Notes: generated by a model not told the origin, from the sequence alone. A stretch of DNA of 64,000 nt from Eledone cirrhosa (GCA_964016885.1 OZ024759.1:19902001-19966000); one strand, 5' to 3'. Counted from the first letter of the stretch, positions 1 through 13,523 are shown. Numbers and translations: made by a program.

Positions 1-2458
1 AATAGGTGCAATTTCAAAGGCTTTAGTGCAGCTACAGTAGAATAGGTGCAATTTCAAAGGCCTTAGTGTAGCCACAGTAGAATAGGTGCAATTTCAAAGG
101 CTTTAGTGTAGCCACAGTAGAATAGGTGCAATTTCAAAGGCTTTAGTGCAGCTACAGTAGAATAGGTGCAATTTCAAAGGCCTTAGTGTAGCCACAGTAG
201 AATAGGTGCAATTTCAAAGGCCTTAGTGTAGCCACAGTAGAATAGGTGCAATTTCAAAGGCTTTAGTGCAGCTACAGTAGAATAGGTGCAATTTCAAAGG
301 CTTTAGTGTAGCCACAGTAGAATAGGTGCAATTTCAAAGGCCTTAGTGTAGCCACAGTAGAATAGGTGCAATTTCAAAGGCTTTAGTGTAGCCACAGTAG
401 AATAGGTGCAATTTCAAAGGCCTTAGTGTAGCCACAGTAGAATAGGTGCAATTTCAAAGGCTTTAGTGCAGCTACAGTAGAATAGGTGCAATTTCAAAGG
501 CTTTAGTGTAGCCACAGTAGAATAGGTGCAATTTCAAAGGCTTTAGTGTAGCCACAGTAGAATAGGTGCAATTTCAAAGGCCTTAGTGTAGCCACAGTAG
601 AATAGGTGCAATTTCAAAGGCTTTAGTGTAGCCACAGTAGAATAGGTGCAATTTCAAAGGCTTTAGTGCAGCTACAGTAGAATAGGTGCAATTTCAAAGG
701 CTTTAGTGCAGCTACAGTAGAATAGGTGCAATTTCAAAGGCCTTAGTGTAGCCACAGTAGAATAGGTGCAATTTCAAAGGCTTTAGTGTAGCCACAGTAG
801 GATAGCTGCAATTTCAAAGGCTTTAGTGTAGCCACAGTAGAATAGGTGCAATTTCAAAGACTTTAGTGTAGCCACAGTAGGATAGCTGCAATTTCAAAGG
901 CCTTAGTGTAGCCACAGTAGAATAGGTGCAATTTCAAAGGCTTTAGTGTAGCTACAGTAGAATAGGTGCAATTTCAAAGGCCTTAGTGTAGCCACAGTAG
1001 AATAGGTGCAATTTCAAAGGCTTTAGTGTAGCCACAGTAGAATAGGTGCAATTTCAAAGGCTTTAGTGCAGCCACAGTAGAATAGGTGCAATTTCAAAGG
1101 CTTTAGTGTAGCCACAGTAGAATAGGTGCAATTTCAAAGGCTTTAGTGCAGCCACAGTAGAATAGGTGCAATTTCAATGGCTTTAGTGTAGCCACAGTAG
1201 AATAGGTGCAATTTCAAAGGCTTTAGTGTAGCCACAGTAGAATAGGTGCAATTTCAAAGGCTTTAGTGTAGCCACAGTAGAATAGGTGCAATTTCAAAGG
1301 CTTTAGTGTAGCCACAGTAGAATAGGTGCAATTTCAAAGGCTTTAGTGTAGCCACAGTAGAATAGGTGCAATTTCAAAGGCTTTAGTGCAGCCACAGTAG
1401 AATAGGTGCAATTTCAAAGGCCTTAGTGTAGCCACAGTAGAATAGGTGCAATTTCAAAGGCTTTAGTGCAGCCACAGTAGGATAGGTGCAATTTCAAAGG
1501 CCTTAGTGTAGCCCCAGTAGAATAGGTGCAATTTCAAAGGCCTTAGTGTAGCCACAGTAGAATAGGTGCAATTTCAAAGGCTTTAGTGTAGCCACAGTAG
1601 AATAGGTGCAATTCCAAAGGCCTTAGTGTAGCCACAGTAGAATAGGTGCAATTTCAAAGGCTTTAGTGTAGCCACAGTAGAATAGGTGCAATTTCAAAGG
1701 CTCTAGTGTAGCCACAGTAGAATAGGTGCAATTTCAAAGGCTTTAGTGTAGCCACAGTAGAATAGGTGCAATTTCAAAGGCTTTAGTGCAGCCACAGTAG
1801 AATAGGTGCAATTTCAAAGGCTTTAGTGCAGCCACAGTAGAATAGGTGCAATTTCAAAGGCTTTAGTGTAGCCACAGTAGAATAGGTGCAATTTCAAAGG
1901 CCTTAGTGTAGCCACAGTAGAATAGGTGCAATTTCAAAGGCTTTAGTGTGGCCACAGTAGAATAGGTGCAATTTCAAAGGCTTTAGTGCAGCCACAGTAG
2001 GATAGGTGCAATTTCAAAGGCTTTAGTGTAGCCACAGTAGAATAGGTGCAATTTCAAAGGCTTTAGTGCAGCTACAGTAGAATAGGTGCAATTTCAAAGG
2101 CTTTAGTGTAGCCACAGTAGAATAGGTGCAATTTCAAAGGCTTTAGTGTAGCCACAGTAGAATAGGTGCAATTTCAATGGCTTTAGTGTAGCCACAGTAG
2201 AATAGGTGCAATTTCAAAGGCTTTAGTGTAGCCACAGTAGAATAGGTGCAATTTCAATGGCTTTAGTGTAGCCACAGTAGAATAGGTGCAATTTCAAAGG
2301 CTTTAGTGTAGCCACAGTAGAATAGGTGCAATTTCAATGGCTTTAGTGTAGCCACAGTAGAATAGGTGCAATTTCAATGGCTTTAGTGTAGCCACAGTAG
2401 GATAGCTGCAATTTCAAAGGCTTTAGTGTAGCTACAGTAGGATAGCTGCAATTTTAAA
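1..2458. repeat. 40-bp tandem satellite (aataggtgcaatttcaaaggctttagtgtagccacagtag), about 61 copies, runs off the window start
   Basis: Exact 40-bp periodicity with few substitutions and no unique spacers; decays into diverged gtgcaa-containing units at about 2460-2760. Confidence 0.97.
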
Positions 2459-2849
2459 TGCAGGAGCAACCCCATTAAACGCAGTGCAATATTAATCATA
2501 TTAGCACATCCCCAGTAGAATTTATACAATATTTATGATCTTGATACCGCAATAGTCATGGTGCAACTTTAATGGCTTTAGTGCAACTTAAATTACCACA
2601 GATCAACTCTGATTGTCTTGGTGCGACTTAATAGAATTGGTGCATGCCATAATTGCACCAGTGGAACTCTGAAGAGTCAAATGCAAATGGTATTGTTTCA
2701 ATGCAACTTCAATTGTTTGAGTTCAACTCTAATTACAAAAATACAACATTAAAATGCAGCTGTTTGTCAGACTGAAATATTTTTGTTTCCTCTCAATTAC
2801 GTTTCTCTATTTTTATATGATTGTATTCAAATATATTTTATTTATAAAA

Positions 2850-3370
2850 ATGAAGGAGGGGCGGTGTTTCTGTGCGTAATAGCCATGGTGAAAGAGGTTG
2901 TATGGTGGACGTGTCTGAAAGGACTCAGGTCAGGCACCTTTCTCTCTGGCCAACAACTGGTCCGTTTCTTCCGAAATCATTTCGGAAGAAGGATCAGGAT
3001 GGAGAGAGAGGTGCTGCACCCGAGCCAGTTTTATGAAAGGTGGGTGAAAGTGGCGAGAATGGCCCGTGTGAGTGGGCCTTCTCTCTACATCAGCCTGTAG
3101 GTGGAAAAGATGAAGGAACAAGGGAGCACCCTCTCTCTGTGCTCCTGAGGAGAAGGGTTGCACACTTTTTTCGGGGGTGTGTGCGACCTCCCAAAACGCC
3201 TCCTCCCTATTGAGGACTTTATTGTTAATTTTATATTTGTTGTTTGTTTTATATTTGTTATTTGTTTTCTTTACTCGCCTTTTTGTGTAGACTCCCCCCC
3301 TTCCCCTTGTATTTGTCCCCTTTTTTTGCGCCATCGTGGCAATAAATAGAAATATATCTTATTCTATTCT
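2850..3370 (+). pseudogene. 5'-truncated non-LTR retrotransposon 3' end (L1/Tx1-like ORF2 C-terminus plus 3' UTR)
   Basis: Translation ...MVKEVVWWTCLKGLRSG...FFRNHFGRRIRMEREVLHPSQFYERWVKVA... resembles the L1/Tx1 ORF2 C-terminal tail; stop at 3100, then a T-rich UTR and AATAAA at 3341. Confidence 0.5.
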
Positions 3371-3580
3371 TCCATTTTGATTGATTGATACACCTACCTA
3401 CCTACCTACCTACCTACCTACCTATCTATTTACCAACATACCTACCTGTCTGTTTTTCTATCTGTCTATCTACCAACCTATCTATCTATACATCTACTCA
3501 CAAGGGAGAATGAACTTATCATCATCATCATACTTTCGCTTTTCCCTGCTATATATATACAGAGAGAGAGAGAGAGAACT

Positions 3581-3616
<36 letters not shown>

Positions 3617-3752
3617 AATTAGAAACAAATATTTAAACACCAGACGAGTTGGAATAGCTTTCATTGTGTAACACTTACAGGTGTTTCATCATATGTATTA
3701 TATATAAGTCTTGGAGCGCTATTTTTTTAATTATTTCATTATTTTAATCAAA

Positions 3753-3956
3753 ATGGTGGATTGGCAGTATCGGTAGAGAGTCAGACGCTATGCTTTGAAG
3801 CATAGAGTTACATTCCTTTATGATCTGAGTTCAAATCCCGCCAAGGTTAACTTTGCCTTTCATCCTTACAGGGTCAATAAAATAAAGTACCACTAATGTA
3901 CTGGGTAATTGCTGGCCTTGTGCCAAAAATAGAAACAATTATTATTATTATTATTG
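3753..3956 (+). mobile_element. tRNA-derived SINE with Nin/Deu-like central domain
   Basis: A box tggcagtatcggt, B box gagttcaaatccc, gcctttcatcc...ggtcaataaaataaagtacca domain, (TTA)n tail; more than 12 copies in the window. Confidence 0.85.
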
Positions 3957-3957
3957 G

Positions 3958-4243
3958 CCTACTCTGAGTATGTGCCTGTAAATTGAAGGTAGAAAACTGG
4001 GAGAGGGCATTTGCCCTGGTGGTCAGGGTCACCGTGGCTTTTTTTAATGGGCTTTCTCCACGATGGTCCTCGGAAGTCTCCCCCCTATTGGGGAATTTTT
4101 CATTGTTCCTTTTTTGTTACATCCTCTGTTTTTTGTTTTTTTTACACACAGAAATGCCCATTTGTACCGTCTTGTATTGTCCTGTACTGTCCTTAATGTC
4201 TACTTTATGTAAACCCTTGTGGTTAATAAAGAAAGCATTATTA
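3958..4243 (+). mobile_element. LINE (Tx1-like) 3' UTR fragment ending aataaagaaagc(att)n
   Basis: Homologous copies at 28880-29065 and 29104-29192; polyadenylation signal followed by a simple-repeat tail. Confidence 0.55.
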
Positions 4244-4295
4244 TATATATATATATATGTGTGTGTGTATGAATGTAATTATTGTATATACATAT

Positions 4296-4353
<58 letters not shown>

Positions 4354-4354
4354 A

Positions 4355-4403
<49 letters not shown>

Positions 4404-4819
4404 TATATATTTATGTATACATACATACAAATATATGCGTACACACACACATACATACATATATATATATACACACACACTCACACTCTATCACACACAC
4501 ATATATATATAGAAAGAGAGAGAGAGTGGGATGAGGGCTGTTATAGATTTATAGAGAGAGATGAAGAGAAAGGAAGGAGAGAAAGAGGGGGGAGGGAAGA
4601 AAGGGTTGGGTGAGAGGAGAGGAAAATCAAGATGGAAGAAGATTAATAAAAGTGCCAGAGGCTAAACTAAGTAATCAGTTGTTTAGTGGCCACCCCCACT
4701 GAATGGAGGAGCAAAGGATATATTTAATAAACTACTCGGCACCATTCAAGCGAATCACACATTCAGACAGCCTGGCCTTTTACTGTTGATTGACTTCAAA
4801 TTAGAATGGTCCCAAACTG

Positions 4820-5780
4820 TAATGGTGGTGGTGGTGGTGGTGGTGGGGGGGGTTGGCAGTGGTGGTAATGGTGGTGGTGGTTGCGGTGGTGGTGGTGATG
4901 CTGGTGGTTGTGGTGGTGGTGGTGGGTAGTGGTGGGGGAGGGGGCAGTGGTGGTGGTGGTGGTGGTTGTGGTGGTGGTTGTGGTGGTGATGCTGGTGGTG
5001 GTGGTGGTGGGTGGGGGAGGGGCGGCGGTGGTGGTGGTGGTGGTGGATGTGGCTGTGGTGGCGGTGGTGATGATGGTGGTGGCGGTGGTGGTTATGGTGG
5101 TGATGACGGTGGTGGTTGTGGTGATGGTAGTGTGGTGGGTAATGATGGTGGTGGTGGTGGTGGTGGTGGCGGTAGTGTGGTGGGTAATGGTGGTGGTGGT
5201 GGTGGTGATGATGATGATGATGATGATGATAGTGTGGTGGGTAATAGTGGTGGCTGTGGTGGTGGTAGTGTGGTGGTGGTGGGGGAGGGGGCAGTGGTGG
5301 TAATGGTGGTGGTGGTGGTGAGGAGGGTACGGTAGTAATGATTGTGGTGGTGGTGGTGGTGATTATTGTTTTGGTGGTGGTTGTGTGATGAACCGGTGGT
5401 AATGATTGCAGTGTTGATTGTGGTAGTGGTAAGTTTGATGGTGGTGGTGGTGGTGGTGTGATGTAGTGGTGGTGTTGTAGTTTGGTTGGTGCTGGTACTG
5501 GTGGTGGTTGTATTTGTGGTGAAGGTGATGGAGGAGGAATTTCTGATGAAATTGGTGGAGGTGGTGGTGGTGGTGGTAACTATGTTATTGGTGTTGCTGT
5601 TGTTGTAGTTGTTGGTGGTGGTGGCAGTGGTGGTGGTGGTGGTGGTGGTAACTGTGTTGTTGCTGTTGTTGTAGTTGTTGGTGGTGGCAGTGGTGGTGGT
5701 GGTGGTGGTGGTAGTAGTAACTGTGTTGTTGTAGTAGTTGTTGTTGTTGGTGGTGGTGGTAACTGTGTTATTGGTGTTGC

Positions 5781-5811
<31 letters not shown>

Positions 5812-6257
5812 GGTAACTGTGTTGTTGTAGTTGTTGTTGTTGTTGGTGGTGGTGGTGGTAACTGTGTTGTTGTAGTTGTTGTTGTTGTTGTTGGTGGTGG
5901 TGGTAACTGTGTTGTTGTAGTTGTTGTTGTTGTTGGTGGTGGTGGTGGTAACTGTGTTGTTGTAGTTGTTGTTGTTGTTGTTGTTGTTGGTGGTGTTGTT
6001 GGTGGTGGTAACTGTGTTGTTGTAGTTGTTGTTGTTGTTGGTGGTGGTAACTGTGTTGTTGTAGTTGTTGTTGTTGTTGGTGGTGGTGGTAACTGTGTTG
6101 TTGTAGTAGTTGTTGTTGTTGGTGGTGGTGGTAACTGTGTTGTTGTAGTTGTTGTTGTTGTTAGTGGTGGTGGTGGTGGTGGTAGTAACAGTGTTGTTGT
6201 AGTAGTTGTTGTTGTTGGTGGTGGTGGTGGTGGTGGTGGTAACTGTGTTGTTGTAGA

Positions 6258-6288
<31 letters not shown>

Positions 6289-7255
6289 GGTACAGTAGAT
6301 GTTAATAACAAATGACGGGGAGGGGTGTAGGGTGGTGGAATGGAATGGAACATCATGTACCCTAAATTCCACCCCCACCTCCACCACTCCTACCACCCCC
6401 ACCCTACCACACCCCATTCTGTGCTTCTTGAAAGAATCGTTCACCAAGGAATTAATGCTTCCATCTTTAAGTATGTCGCCACCCCACCACCACCACCACC
6501 ACACCACCCGACCACCACTATCCCACCACCACCACCACCACCACCAGCCTGCACTGCCACTCCCCCTCCCACTATCACCCACAACCTTCTCCAACCACCA
6601 CAAGATGTAACTAGGCAGAAATTAGATAAATGAAAGGTAATGGTTATTGTGGTGGTAGTGGTGGTGGTGGTGGTCGAGGTGGTGGTGGTGGCAGTGGAGG
6701 TGTTGGTGATGGTGGTGTTGTTGGTGGTTGTGGTGGTAGTGGTGGTGGTGGTGTTGGTGGTGGTGTTGGTGGTGAAGGTGGTGATGGTGGTGGTGGTGGT
6801 GACGGTTATGTCGGTGGTGGTGGTGACGGTGTTGGAGGTGTTGGTGGTGGAGGTGGTGGTGGTGACGGTTGTGGCAGTGGTGGTGTTGTTGGTGTTGGAG
6901 ATGGTGTTGGTGGTGGTGGTGCTGGTGGTGAAGGTGGTGGCGGTTGTGGCAGTGGTGGTGATGGTGTTGGTGGTGGTGGTGATGGTGACGGTGTTGGAGG
7001 TGTTGGTGGTGGAGGTGGTGACGGTTGTGGCAGTGGAGGTGTTGGTGATGGTGGTGTTGTTGGTGGTGGAGATGGTGGTGGTGGTGGTGCTGGTGGTGAA
7101 GGTGGTGGTGGTGGCGGTGATGGTGTTGGTGGTGACGGTTATGTCGGTGGTGGTGGTGGTGGTGGTGGTGATGGTGTTGGAGGTGATGGTTGTGGCAGGG
7201 GTGGTAGTGGTGGTGGTGGTGGAGATGGTGTCGGTGGTGTTGGTGGTGGTCATGG
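4820..7255. repeat. (GGT)n/(GTT)n low-complexity tract, including a roughly 33-bp higher-order unit at 5575-6290
   Basis: Trinucleotide composition; recurring ggtggtggtaactgtgttgttgtagtt unit. Confidence 0.9.
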
Positions 7256-7279
7256 AAAGAGTGTGTGCATGTGTGTGAG

Positions 7280-7477
7280 AGAGAGTGAGGTAGGAGTAGA
7301 GAAATAGACAGATAGATCAATAGAGAGATAGAGAGAGAGAGGGTTTGATGGGAGAATTTATTAAGATGTGAGAGAGAGAGAGAGAGAGAGCGAGAGACAG
7401 ACAGACTGACTGAGTGGTTTAATGTGAAAGTTTCTTCAGATATGAGAGATATAGAGGGAAAGAGAGACATAGAGGGA

Positions 7478-7534
<57 letters not shown>

Positions 7535-8280
7535 TGGGTGTTTAGTGGGTTGATGTGAAAAGGTTTATTAAGATGTGAGAGAGATAGAGTGAGGGTTTTA
7601 CTGGGTTGTTGTGAGATGGAGATAGAGAGAGGTTTTACTGGGTTGTTGTGAGATGGAGATAGAGAGAGGTTTTACTGGGTTGTTGTGAGAAAGACACACA
7701 GAGAGGGAGGGTGTTTAAGATGAGAGACAGGGAGAGAGTGAAAGACAGGGAGGGAGGGAGGGAGAGAAAGAGAGAAGCAGGGTGTTTAGTGGGATGATGT
7801 GAGAGAGACAAGGAGAGACAGGGAGAGAAAGAGAGGGAGGGAGTGAGAGAGAGACATGGAAGGAGAGAGGAAGAGAGAGACAAGGAGAGAGAGGAAGGAG
7901 ACTGGGAGAAAGAGACAAGGAGACAGAGAGAGAGAGACAGAGACAGGGAGACAGAGAGAGAGACAGAGACATGGAGAGAGAGACAGGGATGGAGGGAGGG
8001 AGAGAGAGACATGGAGGGAGTGAGAGAGAGACATGGAGAGAGAGAGAGAGAGACAGGGAAAGAGAGAGACAAGGAGAGAGAGGAAGGAGACCGGGAGAAA
8101 GAGACAAGGATACTGAGAGAGAGAGAGACAGAGACATGGAGAGAGACAGACAGAGAGAGAGAGACAGAGACAGAGACATGGAGACAGAGACATGGAGACA
8201 GAGAGGGAGAGAGAGACAAGGAGACTGAGAGAGACAGAGACATGGAGAGAGACAGAGAGAGAGAGAGAGAGAGTGAGGGT
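7280..8280. repeat. (GA)n-rich polypurine tract
   Basis: Direct inspection. Confidence 0.9.
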
Positions 8281-8473
8281 GTTTAGTGGGACGATAGGAA
8301 AGGTTTATTAAGATGTGATAATAAAACTAAGATGAGGTGAGGTGAAATGTGATGAAATGAGAACCAGCACTACAAACAGGATGTAATATCTTTTGTCGGG
8401 GTGGGTGATGTGGCTGATGGAGTGGGTGGGGCTGGTCGGTGTGGAGGATATTTTATTGAGATAGAGCTAGAAA

Positions 8474-9570
8474 TAATTGTTTCTACTTTTGGCACAAGGC
8501 CAGCAATTATCCCAGTGTATTACTGGTACTTTATTTTATCGTCTCTGTAAGGATGAAAGGCAAAGTTAACCTCGACGGGATTTGAACTCAGGCCGTAAAG
8601 GGCCGTAACTCTGTGTTGAAAAGCATGGCGTCTGACCCTCTACCGATACTGCCAAATGGTTTCTTATATAGACACAAGGCCAGCAATTTTGGGGGAAGGG
8701 AAAGTCGATAAAATTGACCCCTCTGCGTGACTGGTACTTTATATTATCGACCCTGTAAGGATGAAAGGCAAAGTTAACCTAGGCGGGATTTGAACTCAGA
8801 CCGTAAAGGGCCGTAACTCTATGCGTCAAAGCATGGCGTCCGACCCTCTACCGATACTGCCAATCTAGCACCCTAGAGCTAGAAATAATAATAATGGTTT
8901 CTGATTTAAGCACAAGGCCAATAGTTTTTTTTTTTTTTTTGTGAGAGGGGAAAGTTGATTATATCAACCCCAGTGCATTACTGGTATTTTATTTTATTGA
9001 TCCTGTAAGTAATAAAGGTTAATAATAATAATAATGGTTTCTACTTTTGGCATAAGGACAGTAATTTTGGGGGAGGGGAAAGTCGATTATAGCAACCCCA
9101 GTGTGTTACTGGTACTTTATGTATCAATCTCTGAGAAGGATGGAAAGCAAAATTGACCCCGGTGGGACTTGAACTCGGAATGTAAAGACCCAGAACAAAT
9201 AATGCTAAGCATTATCTGACGCTCTACCGATCGTCCCAATCCACCACCCTCTCTAGAATATAATAATAGTTCCTTCTATAGGCACAAGGACAACAATGTG
9301 TCTTGGGAATTTTTAAACCTGATGGAGTTCATCCCTTCTCCAGGGCTGAACATAGCAGATGTCTTCCAGAAAAGGAGAGAGATGGAGGAAGTGAGAAAGA
9401 TATGTAAAAAAAAGAATAGACCTCAGTATTGGCCCTATTTTTTTTTATCAGTCTCAAAAAGCTGAAAGACAAAGTTGACCACGGTGGGATTTGAACTCAG
9501 AGAGGGCAGTAATCCGGAACAAATACTACAAAGCATTCTACCTGATATTCTAATGAATCTGCTAATTTCC
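8474..9570 (-). mobile_element. Head-to-tail cluster of about 5 Nin/Deu-like tRNA SINE copies
   Basis: Repeated reverse complements of the 3753-3956 SINE at about 8474-8657, 8658-8872, 8895-9020, 9033-9250 and a degenerate one at 9420-9570. Confidence 0.85.
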
Positions 9571-9679
9571 AGCCTATTCTTGTATATGTCACATTTTTTT
9601 CTGTAAAAATATGATAGGAAAACTTATCTACTGGAACTTCAAAACCTCAATTCAAAATACGCAGTACATTATATATCAT

Positions 9680-10290
9680 AATCTTCTTCTTCACCCACTT
9701 TTTCCTGTGAAGGTTGTGGGTGCACAGAGTCCTGAGATACACACTCTTGTGCATCCTGTCAGAAGCAATCATCACTAATTGATCTGGTTGGATCTCCAAG
9801 AAAGACCGGCTGAGCTAATGGATGTTATCAAACCATCATGCTCAAGTTCTTCAACTTGGTTTCCTGCTTGTTGGTTTTTGCCTGTAAAATCTGTCCAGCA
9901 ATTCATTCCTGAGACATTTTAACCATACATCCGTAATATCAGAGCTGTCAAGGTGCATGGCTTAGTGGTTGGAGCATTGGGCTTGCAATAGAAAGGTTGT
10001 GAGTTCAATTCTTGGACCGGGTGATGTGTTGTTTCCTTGAGCAAGACACTTTATTTCACGTTGCTCCAGTTTACTCAGCTGTAGAAATAAGATGATAGGG
10101 ACTATCATTAAATCATCCAAGACACCTCCAACGAGATATACCTTGGAGGAGGCCAGCTAAACCTGCATAGGTGTGAGCTGTAACAACAACAACAACAATA
10201 TCAGAGCTGTGACCTCTGGAGCAACTCTCTGATCTATGCACTCTATCAAGTAATGTTACTCCAAAGAATGTCTATATGTATCAAAGATTG
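9680..10290 (-). pseudogene. Degenerate RTE-clade LINE fragment interrupted by a SINE
   Basis: Minus strand gives broken peptides KMSQE.IAGQILQAK / PTSRKPS..T...WFDNI, resembling the RTE C-terminal region. Confidence 0.4.
9949..10196 (+). mobile_element. tRNA/CORE-like SINE with (AAC)n tail and 14-bp TSD
   Basis: A box tggcttagtggtt, B box gagttcaattc, CORE-like ccttgagcaagacactt; TSD aatatcagagctgt at 9935-9948 and 10197-10210. Confidence 0.85.
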
Positions 10291-10415
10291 AGGTCTGATT
10301 TTTACAAGAGTATCTCTTCAAATTAGTGATATTATTGTTTATACTATGTTTATACTATTGTTTATACTAATTAGTGATATTATTGTTTATACTATGTTTA
10401 TACTATTGTTATACT

Positions 10416-10650
10416 GTCGATAAAATAAAGTACCAGTAATGCACTGGGTAATTGCTGGCCTTGTGCCAAAAGTAGAAACAATTATTGTTTATACAATGCT
10501 TTCTAGCATAGTTACGTCCCTTTACGGTCTGAGTTCAAATCCCGCCAAGATTAACTTTGCCTTTCATCCTTACGGGGTCGATAAAATAAAGTACCAGTAA
10601 TGTACTGGATAATTGCTGGCCTTGTGCCAAAAGTAGAAACAATTATTGTT
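10416..10650 (+). mobile_element. Two truncated Nin/Deu-like SINE copies
   Basis: Match to the 3' half of the 3753 family. Confidence 0.8.
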
Positions 10651-10983
10651 TATACTAAGAAATATTCACCATTTTTATGACAATTCCTTGGGTGTTAAAC
10701 ATTGTAGCCAAGTATTAATATTATATAATGGGATCCTATGATAGACATGAGCTTTGTGAATTAACAGGATTGTACATCATAAATGAACTCCAGAAAGATT
10801 CCACCCTGGCAACCAATCAAATCCTAATGTGGTGTTGATTAATCATATTTCAATGTGTTTGCTAATATTTATATATATGTATTATTGCACTGCTTTGCTT
10901 ACATTAATCACATGAAGAAACAGAAACCTGAAACTCAGTTATGATTCAAGTAGCTTTACAGTTTCTTATATAAATATATGTGG

Positions 10984-11042
<59 letters not shown>

Positions 11043-11049
11043 ATATACA

Positions 11050-11084
<35 letters not shown>

Positions 11085-11086
11085 GT

Positions 11087-11174
<88 letters not shown>

Positions 11175-11419
11175 ATGTATATATGTGTGTGTGTGTATAT
11201 ACGTGTGTGTGTGTATATATATATATGTGTGTGTGTGTATACATGTGTGTGTATATATATATATATGAGTGTGTGTGTATATATGTGTGTATATATATAT
11301 ATATGTGTGTGTGTGTATAAATACATATATATGTGTGTGTGTGTATATATACTTGTGTGCATGTGTGTGTATATATATATGTGTGTGTATATATATATAT
11401 ATGTGTGTGTGTATATATA

Positions 11420-11468
<49 letters not shown>

Positions 11469-11476
11469 ATATATAT

Positions 11477-11546
<70 letters not shown>

Positions 11547-12169
11547 ATCTGTATGTAATATCAATGATACCACACATCTCATTAATTATCTCAGATGAAA
11601 TCCTGATGGACTTGCAATTTAATACTGAAATCTACACATGAACACATACACACACACAGACAGACATACACACACACCAACACTATCACACATGTACAGA
11701 AACAAACACACCCTTACACACACACACACATACACACAGACAAACAAAGCAAACGTACATTAATACACACACATACACACTCACACATAAATACAGATAA
11801 TTACAGTCTCACGTATACAAACCAAAAAAATGAACATATCAACACATACACACACACATACACACACACACACGTATATATATATATACACACCCTTACA
11901 CACCTATACACACACACACACACACATTTTTGCACTAGAGTTTCCATCCAGAATACAAAACAGAATCTCCCCTTCCAAGAGAGAGAGGGAGAGAGAGAGT
12001 AGAGAGAGAGAGAGGGGGAGAGGGAGTAGAGAGAGGGAGAGAGAGTAAGGGAGAAAGTGTGGGAGGGAGATCAAGTGTATGTGTGTGTGTATATATATAT
12101 ATGTATGTATGTATAACCCATGCTAGCATGGAAGATAGACGTTAAATGATGATGATAATATCATCATCA

Positions 12170-12600
12170 TCATCATCTTCATTTAACCTATATTTTCCAC
12201 GCTAGCATGGGTTAGACGGGAGTTGTCCCACTTGAGGCAAGGCTGGTCAGGTGACCATGTCTCGCTCATATAGGACTATCTGGCAGGTTTTCTACGGCTG
12301 GATGCCCTTCCTAACACCAACCTATATATATATATATTTGCAGGTGATGATGATGAATATATATATATATATATATATATATAGGAACGATCGACTTTCG
12401 TCAAATCGGACCGAGGGAACAATGTTTCCGTTGGTCTTTCCAATTGCTAATACTATCTATCAGTCGCAACTCCTGGTAGAAGGAGCAACGTGAAATAAAG
12501 TGTCTTGCTCAAGGACATAACGCATCGCCTGGTCCAGGAATCGAACTCACAACCGTACGATTGCGAATCCAATTCTCTAACCACTCAGCCACACGCCTTC
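12170..12600 (-). mobile_element. SINE fragments (V-like domain with RTE tail; tRNA/CORE-like head)
   Basis: ggatgcccttcctaacacc motif with (CAT)n tail; gtgtcttgctcaagg...tcgaactc...accactcagcca head. Confidence 0.75.
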
Positions 12601-12611
12601 ATATATATATA

Positions 12612-12781
12612 TATAGGAACGAGTAGGACCCCGACGGCTGAGCTCAAGCCGTTTCGACAGCCGAAACGGCTTGAGCTCAGCTGTCGGGGTCCTACTCGTT
12701 CCTATTACCCACTCTACTACCCTAAGTATTGAGTACTTTGGTGCGTTATGGTCCACCTGGTTTCTTACCACATTTCTTCCG

Positions 12782-12818
<37 letters not shown>

Positions 12819-12854
12819 GGAAGAAATGTGGTAAGGAACCAGGTGGACCATAAC
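12612..12854. mobile_element. Penelope-like element end in inverted configuration carrying a hammerhead 3' half
   Basis: About 44-bp inverted arms (12612-12656 / 12662-12705) containing GAAACGGC-ttgagctca-GCTGTC; related copies at 50893-51035 and 57174-57368. Confidence 0.55.
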
Positions 12855-12974
12855 CATGCTATATTTTTATTTTTTATCTTTATTTGTTAATTTTTCATTC
12901 GCACCGTTTCCTTTCGCTATATGTCTCTCCACCACTCCCCTACACACCTTTTGAACTCTGTTCCCACACACTTC

Positions 12975-13010
12975 TCACCTGAGGAAGGGCTTATGCCCGA
13001 AACGTCGTCC
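12975..13010 (+). ncRNA. Degenerate minimal hammerhead ribozyme motif
   Basis: CTGAGGA (12979-85), A, gggc-ttat-gccc, GAAA, CGTC; stem I only about 2 bp; AATAAA downstream. Confidence 0.45.
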
Positions 13011-13096
13011 CCCACCTACCCCCCACTCTCCTGAGCGTGAAATTAATAAACATTTATTGTACTGCTTCTCTGTTTTGTCCCTGTTCAAATTTTTCG

Positions 13097-13128
<32 letters not shown>

Positions 13129-13131
<3 letters not shown>

Positions 13132-13380
13132 TCATCATCATCATCATATGTCCGATTTTCCCTGCTAGCATGGGTAGGACGGGTCCTATACAGCACAGCA
13201 TCTCTCCACTTGTTACGGTCCTTCGACATCTCCGCCGTGAGCTTCAGCGATCTGAGGTCTGCTCTCACCACCTCCGCCCATGTTTTTCGTGGTCTACCTC
13301 CACCACGTCTTCCTTTTACTGGCATTTCTTGGCACTTCTTTACCCAGCGGTCATCCTCCATGCGCATCACATGTCCATAC
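13129..13380 (-). pseudogene. RTE-clade LINE 3' fragment
   Basis: GHVMRMEDDRWVKKCQEMPVKGRRGGGRPRKTWAEVV..., (ATG)n tail; nearly identical to 49555-49955. Confidence 0.85.
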
Positions 13381-13402
13381 CATCATCATCATCACTGTAA
13401 TA

Positions 13403-13444
<42 letters not shown>

Positions 13445-13488
13445 ATTGATGAGATATGTGGTATCATTGATATTACATACAGATACAT

Positions 13489-13523
<35 letters not shown>

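Noticed and set aside
1-2458. CRISPR array
   Set aside because: Contiguous 40-bp units with no unique spacers, no cas genes, eukaryotic context
3760-3845. tRNA genes at A/B-box matches
   Set aside because: No cloverleaf; these are SINE heads continuing into repeat bodies
4853-8286. Long Gly/Val/Thr/His/ER-rich ORFs
   Set aside because: Open in several frames on both strands because of GGT/GTT/GA repeats; no splice or domain evidence
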